The notes below the pieces were generated by a model that had not been told where the DNA came from, did no database searches, and saw only the letters and a program-made list of their open reading frames with translations. The position numbers and the translations under genes were made by a program. This document shows, in pieces, positions 16,559 to 24,000 of a stretch of 24,000 nt of DNA; position 1 is the stretch's first letter; each line of letters begins with the position of its first letter. The DNA comes from an uncultured Ureaplasma sp. (GTDB lineage: Bacteria > Bacillota_I > Bacilli_A > Mycoplasmatales > Mycoplasmoidaceae), in the NCBI GenBank assembly GCA_944322645.1, contig CALUPI010000033.1:1-24000 (forward strand). Reading direction: 5' to 3'.

Positions 16559-17477
16559 AATCATATTTATATGTATTGATAGCATTAGCTTTAACTTTTT
16601 GAAATATTGGAGTAATACTAAATATAATTGCTGATAATAAACCAATATAAATAGGAGTTTTTATACTTTCTTTTATTATTCTAGGTAATAAATAATAAAT
16701 CACACCATATTTTAGTAAATTAGGAGGAGTTTTATTATTAATAAATTCATAATATTTTATTGCTGAAATAGGACCTAATATAAATGAAAAAATAAATGTA
16801 ATTGAAATTGAAATAAATGATATAAATAAAAAGATTAATAATTTATTTTGATTAATATGTTTTTCATTTTTATGCCGAAAATAATTAATAAAAATAATAA
16901 TTTCAACAATTATTACAAATAATATTAATACTGAACTAATTACATATCGAAAAATAGAATTCATTTTTTCAGGTATTTGACCATTTTGAATTAATTGATT
17001 ATAGATTGGATTGTTATTACTTGTGTAAAAATAAATAAAAAATAATGTTAAGGTAGTGAATAAAAAAATAAAAATTTGATTAATAATTATAGCGATTTTA
17101 ACTCTTTTTTTATTATAAAAATATAGATTATAAATAGAAGAAATAATTCCAGTAAACAATCCGACACATGGTTCTTGAATTGCATATAATCAAAATCAAA
17201 ATCCACCAAAGATTAATCAACTTAATGTATCAATTAATGCCCCCATAAACATTCCAATAATTGGTCCAAAAAATCATCCAATAATAATAGTAGAAATTCA
17301 ACTAAAACTTATAGACATGCCCATTCCCGGGATTTTTATTGATAATGTATTCAATACAAATGATAAGGCAATTAAAGAAGCTAAAATAGAAACAATTAAA
17401 ATTGACCTAAATGTTTTTATAGGTCTTATAGGAAATAAAAAAATAAAAAAATGATTTACTTTTTCTTTAGTCATCAT
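16557..17477 (-). CDS. Polytopic membrane protein with an ECF-transporter S-component-like N-terminal half
   Basis: The start is MMTKEKVNHFF... (ATG 17477). Track ORF 16557-17159 is in the same frame and joined through several TGA codons (306 aa). The segment LSIKIPGMGMSISFS-W-ISTIIIG-W-FFGPIIGMFMGALIDTLS-W-LIFGG resembles the FGP..G...G...D signature of ECF S components. The C-terminal half of about 130 aa is extra TM sequence. Confidence 0.6.
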
Positions 17478-17512
17478 TTCTTTATTTTAATATAAACAAT
17501 ATTAATATATGA

Positions 17513-17992
17513 TTATTTAACATTTTTTTCAATCATATGATCAATCAATAACATATCATTTGACATTGAAAATAAGTCTTTAATGTATAAAATTTCTCCA
17601 AAATCCTTAAGAACATCTTTAATAAATCATTGTCAAAAATTATATGTTTCATGTTCTTTTTGTTCTAATATTTTATCTGCAATAAGATTTACATCTTTTT
17701 TAATTTCCTCTTCAATAAAACAAATATTTTCAACAATTTGTTTTGGATTTTCAAATTTTTTAAAATTAATTTGACTTAAATTTCCAACTAAATTTTCTCC
17801 AGATTCTAAAAAGTAATTATAAATTAAATTTTTATGTGTTACCATTTTATCATTTGATAAGTTTATAATATATTTAGATAAATTTACCATGCCAAAATCA
17901 TTAGCTTGTTTTGCAAGATCTAAATAATAAACACCTAATTCAATATTTTTAAAATAATGATTAGATAAAACTTGAATTATTTCTTTTTTCAT
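17513..17992 (-). CDS. Ferritin-like protein (Ftn/Dps superfamily)
   Basis: MKKEIIQVLSNHYFKNIELGVYYLDLAKQAND.GMVNLSKYI...NDKMVTHKNLIYNYFLESGE...EEEIKKDVNLI...EQKEHETYNF-W-Q-W-FIKD... shows a ferritin-like di-iron four-helix pattern (E...Y, E..H, E). 159 aa after read-through of two TGA codons. The SD AAGGAG is immediately upstream. Confidence 0.75.
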
Positions 17993-18281
17993 AAGAAATC
18001 TCCTTATATTAATTTATTAATTTAATTATATAATATTTAGTTATATTTAACTAAATTTAGCAATCTTTTGTATAAATCACATTCTTTTTAGACAATGTAT
18101 AAATCTCATTTATTTTAGACAACTAAAATTTATTAAAATTTTTATATGAAGTAAACAAAACCCTATCAATTTATAATAGTTCTTGTCCACTTCAAAAACG
18201 AGACTTTTGAAAGAACCTATATGTATTTTAAAAATAAATATTGAGCACAAAATAACTAAAAGATTAATTCCATTTGGTTAA

Positions 18282-18527
18282 CATCAATGTAACATTTGCA
18301 TTGAATGATTTCATAAAATAATAAATCATTGTTGTATGAAAGAATTTGTAATGGCAAATACATTTGTAGAAATTCAAAAAATTGTTAATAAATTTATGCT
18401 CTATTATAATTATCAATGATATCATTATTATTCAGAATTAAATCATTTGCCATATGTCCAAAGATATTTAATTCCCAAAGATGCAATAAATTCTCTTATA
18501 ACTTTATATAGAAGAGGACTTCTCTAA
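18282..18527 (+). pseudogene. Remnant of the C-terminus of an IS3-family (rve integrase-core) transposase
   Basis: The frame open from 18282 to TAA 18525-18527 reads HQCNICIE-W-FHKIINHCCMKEFVMANTFVEIQKIVNKFMLYYNYQ-W-YHYYSELNHLPYVQRYL... This resembles the (DNA..E.FF..LK.E)...F.t.eE....I..YI.YYN..R....L...sP..Y tail of IS3/IS150 OrfB proteins. No intact upstream catalytic domain or start codon is present. Confidence 0.45.
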
Positions 18528-18558
18528 AAAGAGTATGTATTATACATTTATAATTATA

Positions 18559-20073
18559 TTACTTTTTAAAAAAATTATGAACATTTAATTTTTCAAAAAG
18601 TTTTAATAATTCGGAATTAATATTATTTTTATTAAGATATATTAATCAACGAAAGACAAGATTATCAGGTTCATTTTTATTATATATAGGAGTTACCATA
18701 CCATCAATTCATTCATCAGATTGAATAACACCTCAATATATCCCTAATAATTGACATGATTCATTAATTACCATTGAACCAGATGATCCATGTCCTAAAT
18801 TAATACCAGAAAATAAATAATTGTTTTCTCAATCATATGGATAATAGTAATTTCGATTATCAAATCAAAGATTAATTTCATTTCTAACATTGTATATATT
18901 TTTTTTAATGATATTAGAAGATATGGTTCTACAATTATATGTAACATATGAAGAATTATTTGAATATGAAATTCCAGGATAACCTGCTACTGTATAAAAT
19001 TTACTTAAATTAGATTCAAAACTTTGAAATAAAAAGTTTTTCTCAATTTCATCTTTATTTTCATCATATCCTTCATCAATTAATTCATTTAAGAATTTTA
19101 CTTTTTGTATATATGTTCTATTAATTATATTTTCATTAATTGTGGTTGGGACACAAAAAATATTAAATATAGAATTAACAATATATTTATTTACAAAATT
19201 ATATTTTGAAGTATTAATATCATTTGGATTTAATTGAAATTCTATTATACCCATATCATTTGCTGCTGATATATCATTTTGATTATATTTATAAGAGTTA
19301 TGAACAATATATTGATTATCAATATATAATGATATATTTTTATTATTTTTACTATTTGTGTATATTAAGTTAGCAATATATGGATTATTATTAGGTATAT
19401 TTTTACCTTCAAAAATTGCCCCTAATGGAATTATTCTTTTATAATATTCATTAAAATTTAATCAATATTTATTTAATCCATCCTTATAATTGATAGGTAT
19501 TTTATTTAATTCATTATATTCTGTACTATTTTTGTTACCATTTGGTTGACTTAAATATGTATTTAAAATACCTGAGATTGGATTACTATTATATGGTATA
19601 AAAAAGTTTATTTGCTCATAGTTATTTAAATTATAAATAACACTATAACCAATATTTAATACATGAATATTTGTTGCAAAATAATATGTATTATAATTAT
19701 CTTCTATATTGTAATCAAATAGTCATGTAGTTCCTGAAGATATGTTATAAAGTGCAGCATCATTTTGATTATTTAATAAATAGTAAAAAATATTTCAATA
19801 GTTAGTATTTTGAGGATTATCAATTATATTTTTTAATAATTCTGAATAATAATTAGGATTATTATCTATATAAAATAATAAGGATAATGAATTGTTATTA
19901 ATGTATAATTCTTGTTCATTATTAACATCTTGATATAAAACATCATCATTTATAATGTGGTTTTTATTATTTTGACTCACAATAATAGAAGTTGCAATTA
20001 TTGATCCTGTTATTGCACCTATTCCTAATATTAATCCACAAATATAAATATATTTTTTTGTTGTCTTATGCAT
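18559..20073 (-). CDS. Membrane-anchored DUF31-family putative serine peptidase (mycoplasma S1-like peptidase)
   Basis: It has an N-terminal signal anchor MHKTTKKYIYICGLILGIGAITGSIIATSIIV, then YYFATNIHVL (the conserved ATN.HV His motif of DUF31) and INLGHGSSGSMV (GxSGS catalytic-Ser-like motif). Track ORFs 19795-20073 and 18865-19254 are in one frame, joined by TGA codons, to TAA 18561-18559 (504 aa). Confidence 0.72.
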
Positions 20074-20115
20074 ATATTAATTTTATAGTAGCATTTATAA
20101 TTAAACTTAATAAAA

Positions 20116-21771
20116 TTAGATTTTTAACTCTTCTTCTGAATATTCAATAATTTTATTGTTATTTTTATTTTTAAATGATAATAAGGTTGTTGGAACACCT
20201 AATTGACCTATAATCATTATTAAACTTAAGAATATTGCAGTAAATCATGAATTAGCAGTTTGTAATGATAATACACTTGTTACCCCTGTTGATAAACCTA
20301 CAGTTCCATATGCAGAAGAATATTCAAAAATAATGTCTGTAAAATTATAATTATAACCATTTGATAATAATGTTGGGTAGGTTATAATACTAAATACAAT
20401 CATAATAGCTGCACTCATTAATACAATAACAAATGCAGTAATTACTGTATTTTGAGGTATAGTTCTTTTAAAAATTACTACTTTTTTATGCCCTCTCATA
20501 ATACTAACAACCGTCATTACTAAAATTGCTAAAACTGTAGTACGAATACCTCCACCTGTTGAACTTGGTGCACATCCTATAAACATTAATATAATTATTA
20601 TTCATTTTGAAGCATCTGACATTTCACTCATAGGAACTGTGCTCACACCTGCACTTCTAGATGAAAATGTAGTAAATATTACATAAGTTATTTCATTTCA
20701 TGTTTTTTCACTACCTGTACCAAAATAACCTTGTAATTCTGGAGTATTGTTAACTGTATTAATCAAACTATTATTTAATCCAAATTCAAACCCTATCATA
20801 AATACTAGTCCAATAAAAAAAACTATAAAATATGTTATTACACTAACTTTTGTAAATAATGAAAAATAAAATTTTTGTTTATGATGTTTAAATTTAAATC
20901 ATTGAATAACATCATAAAAAACTGGATATCCAATTCCACCAATAACTAATTGTATTATCATCATATATTGTATAAATGTACCTGAACCATTTCTAAATGG
21001 TGAAACTGATGCATTTCCAATAATATCAAATCCAGCATTATTCATAATTGATAAAGAATGAAAAATTCCAGTTCATATTGCATTTCCAGCATTGTGAAAT
21101 TGTGGTAAATATTCATTACCATCCACAAATCATGTTGAAATAGGAATATTATTATTATTTGTCACCATTGTAGTAATATCAACTTGTTGATATGCTGGAA
21201 CTAAACCAAATCATAATGAATATATAATTGCAAAAATAAATTCAGTTGCAAATATAAAAATAATAGCACTTTTAATTGTTGTAGAAGTTAATCCTAATTT
21301 GGAATTACCTCTTTCAGAAAAAATTAATAATGAATTAGAATATCCCATTTTATTTTTTTCATGAATTGGTATACCTTTAATTTTCTTATAAAAAATATTA
21401 TTAAAAATAATATTTCAAAATAGTCAATATAAAACAAATAAACCTACACCACCTATTTGTAAAAGTACCATAATTACAAATTGGCCAAAAACATTATATG
21501 TATCTGCTACAACAAACGAACACAACCCTGTATCTGTAAATGCACTTATAGTTACAAAAAATGAATCGATAAATGAAAATTCTCTTACACTACCATCAGA
21601 TAACACAATTTCATATGGATTTTTAAATGAAAAAGGTAAAGATAACAAAATGATACCTATAATAATAGTATATAAATAGAATAAAAACAACTTTCTTGCA
21701 GGTGTTCTACCAACAAAAATGTTATATAAAAGTGTTTTTCAATTAATTCTTTTTAACTTATTTAAAATCAT
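20116..21771 (-). CDS. ktrB: Potassium uptake protein, membrane subunit KtrB/TrkH family
   Basis: MILNKLKRIN-W-KTL...ISAFTDTGL...LLQIGGVGL...NAGFDIIG...QLVIGGIGYPV...SSRSAGVST...IGCAPSSTGGGIRT...SAYGTVGLSTG shows four selectivity-filter-like MPM glycine motifs typical of Trk/Ktr/HKT. The fragments are in one frame via TGA codons (551 aa). Confidence 0.9.
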
Positions 21772-21864
21772 TATGATTATTATATACTATATTTAAAAAA
21801 TTCATTAAAACTAATAATTAATTATATAATTTTATTATTATTAAAAAACATTAATGAGGTAGTT

Positions 21865-22536
21865 ATGCATAAAAAAGAGTTTTGTATTATTGGAGTTGAA
21901 GGTTTTACATTGCAAGTTGCTAATGCACTTAGAACATCTGGTTTTAAAGTTGTATTAATTGATAGTGACGAAGACAAAATTCAAGCATTATCCAATCAAT
22001 TTGAATATGTTTTTAAAGCTGATGCAACTAATATTAATGCTCTTGAAGAAGTTAATATTAGTGAGTTTAGTCAAGTAATTGTTGGTGTTAGTTCAATGGA
22101 AGATTCAATATTAATCATTTCTAATTTGCGTCAATTAAAAGTTAAAAATATTGTTGCAAAGGTAAGAAATGAAGTTCAAAAAAGAATTTTAAATATTTTA
22201 ACAGATCGTAATATTAAGATAATTTGACCTGAAGAATTAGTTGCAGAAATGACATCATTTAGATTAATTCATGATATTGATTTAAACATTTCTATGTTTG
22301 ATGAAGATGTTGCAATTATAAAAATACCAGTTCAAAATCCCAAATTATTTCAAGTAGAAATTAAGGATTTTGAATTAAAATCTCAATATTTAACTAATAT
22401 TATTATGATTGAAAGAGGAAGTGAAATAATTTTCCCAGTAAGATCATCGACAAAATTATTGTCTGATGATATTATAACAATAGCATGTAAATCTGGTACA
22501 ATTGATAAAATTGTTAATTTATTTACAAAAAAATAA
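21865..22536 (+). CDS. ktrA: Potassium uptake protein, cytoplasmic gating subunit KtrA/TrkA (RCK_N + RCK_C)
   Basis: MHKKEFCIIGVEGFTLQVANALRTSGFKVVLIDSDEDKI...ADATN...L aligns to the KtrA RCK_N domain. After TGA (22225-22227) it continues into an RCK_C-like domain (...VAIIKIPVQNPKLFQVEIKDFELKSQYLTNIIMIERGSEIIFPVRSSTKLLSDDIITIA). 223 aa. It is divergent from ktrB. Confidence 0.88.
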
Positions 22537-22570
22537 TTTTTTTATATAAAATTAATACATTTAATAGAAT

Positions 22571-22975
22571 ATGTTAAATTTTATTTTATTACAATTATTT
22601 AGTTATTCTACATATGATATCATTGTTCAAAATGGTTTTTTTCATATGACAAAACGTGCATTTATTGCTATGTCTTTTTATTATGACTATCTATGTAGTT
22701 TATTAATGAAAAACATTAAAAATAAAGATAAACAATTAAATAATTTTTGTATTTTTATTTTTGTGGTTTTTGGTATATTTTTAACTTTATATTTATATTC
22801 TATTTTTGCAGTAATATTTAAAACTTTATATACACTAATTACTAATAAATATACTATTATATTTTTAGAACCATCATTATCTATTAATTCTAAATTATTT
22901 ATTAAAAAGAATGTTTATAAATATTCAATTTTAAATGAATTGTTTAAGTCTAAAAATTATCTTTTTTCTATTTAA
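22571..22975 (+). CDS. Hypothetical small membrane protein
   Basis: 134-codon ORF ending with TAA. It has one or two hydrophobic segments (FCIFIFVVFGIFLTLYLYSIFAVIF). There are no recognisable motifs and no clear SD, but an ORF this long is unusual by chance in such AT-rich DNA. Confidence 0.4.
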   Translation: MLNFILLQLFSYSTYDIIVQNGFFHMTKRAFIAMSFYYDYLCSLLMKNIKNKDKQLNNFCIFIFVVFGIFLTLYLYSIFAVIFKTLYTLITNKYTIIFLEPSLSINSKLFIKKNVYKYSILNELFKSKNYLFSI

Positions 22976-23016
22976 TTAATATTTTTATATTAATTTTATA
23001 GAAAGGTCATTTAATT

Positions 23017-24000
23017 GTGAAAAATCTTAATAAAAATATATTAAGATATCTAGGAAAAAATAAATTTATTACATTATCATTATCAATTTTTATATTTCTT
23101 GTAAGCATGATATTTAGTATGTTGCAAGGAATGTCAACATCTATGGAAAATAGTTACAATAATTTAGTTGAAAATTATAATTTACATAATGTTGTAATAT
23201 ATGATAATTGAAATCAAAATATTGAAACCTCTGATATCAAAAAAACTGAATTTTATGAAGAATTAACTAAATTAGGGATTTATTATCGCCAATTTGAATC
23301 AATAAATGTATATTCTTCAGATTCAAATACAACTTCAAAAATTATAAAGTATGAAAATAATTATTTAGTTGATCAACTTGATGTTTTTGAGCAATATAAT
23401 CTACCAAAAAATCCTAATAATGAGCATTTTTTATTGCCTAGTGGTTGAAATCTTAATACTGTTGTTCAAAATGCTTCTATTAATTTAACAAAGGAAAGTG
23501 CAAAAAGAGAAAATATTTTTGCTAGACAATTGTTAGTCTATTTTGCTGCCAATTCCACTTTAAAATTAGAATCTTCATTTGGACCTAAATTTCAATACGT
23601 TTTAGATTATATATATGAAAATCCTGATTTTGATCCATTAAATCCATCTTCAAATGAATTAAATAATTCTAATGTAAAAGGTGTCAAGGAATATATAAAA
23701 ATGTTTGTTGATCCAAGTGATCCTGATTATACTCCACCAGCAATTAGGGGATCAAAAATTACATTCATGATGCAAAAGAAAACTGCTCTAAATAATCCAT
23801 TAAATGGGTATTATGAAGATCCAACATCATGTTTAGCAATTGTAAACCCAAATTGATTAAAAGCAAATAATAAGGAAGTTCTTGATTTTAATGAATTTGT
23901 TTCAGCATTCTCTAATAATGAATTCAATAATGCAACTAATTATGTTAATAATCCAACCAATATTAATCAATTACCTAAATCTACTCCAAATAGCATGGAT
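23017..24000 (+). CDS. Large ABC-transporter permease of the FtsX/MacB-like mycoplasma family (5' part; continues beyond the window)
   Basis: GTG 23017 is preceded by GAAAGG. The N-terminus KNLNKNILRYLGKNKFITLSLSIFIFLVSMIFSMLQGM is typical of FtsX-type permeases (basic N-terminus, TM1, then a long extracytoplasmic domain). The frame stays open to 24000 through TGA codons at 23209, 23446 and 23854. Confidence 0.6.

Noticed and set aside
20040-20073. Lipoprotein signal peptide on the DUF31 peptidase (Cys in YIYICGL)
   Set aside because: The Cys comes after only a 3-4-residue hydrophobic stretch, and the main hydrophobic helix follows it. This fits an uncleaved signal anchor better than a lipobox.
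21772-21864. c-di-AMP (ydaO/kimA-type) riboswitch in front of ktrA
   Set aside because: The intergenic region is only 93 nt, nearly all A/T, and has no conserved pseudo-two-fold helices. It has room for divergent promoters and an SD only.
1-24000. CRISPR arrays, rRNA genes, prophage or conjugative modules
   Set aside because: I saw no regularly spaced direct repeats of 25-40 bp, no rRNA-like GC-rich conserved blocks, and no integrase, portal or terminase-like ORFs. The only RNA gene recognised is tRNA-His.

Overview
This is a very AT-rich chromosomal segment that reads as a Mollicutes (Mycoplasma-type) genome using translation table 4, where TGA encodes Trp. Almost every long gene is split in the supplied standard-code ORF track exactly at in-frame TGA codons. 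The pieces rejoin in one frame to give full-length conserved proteins. An example is LeuS ...HPIG-W-DAFGLP..., with the TGA at 10679-10681.

Housekeeping content I can support:
- rpsU
- der-gpsA
- mraZ-rsmH, with a recognisable promoter and a triple-repeat MraZ operator
- leuS
- the rplU-prp-rpmA ribosomal operon
- tRNA-His(GTG)
- a ferritin-like gene
- divergent ktrB/ktrA
- a MATE/MOP-like transporter
- an ECF S-component-like membrane protein
- a DUF31-type peptidase
- a LicA/APH-type kinase
- the 5' part of a large FtsX-like ABC permease

The stand-out is a tightly packed four-gene locus at 463-3169 that the standard-code ORF track hides. It encodes a peptidase-C39-domain ABC exporter (PCAT) with an intact Q/C/H/D protease signature but a degenerate ATPase domain. 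This is followed by a small single-pass membrane protein and two translationally coupled small peptides. The peptides share a homologous 15-residue double-glycine-type leader (MKxLNN...G[GS]) and each has a TGA-encoded Trp just after the leader. I read this as a candidate class-II (possibly two-peptide) bacteriocin or secreted-peptide system in a wall-less mollicute.

Other notable points:
- homopolymer-associated frameshifts in a comEC-like gene and a SHOCT-domain gene
- an IS3-family transposase remnant
- a dcw cluster that stops after rsmH

All calls come from manual translation and motif recognition. No database search was possible.
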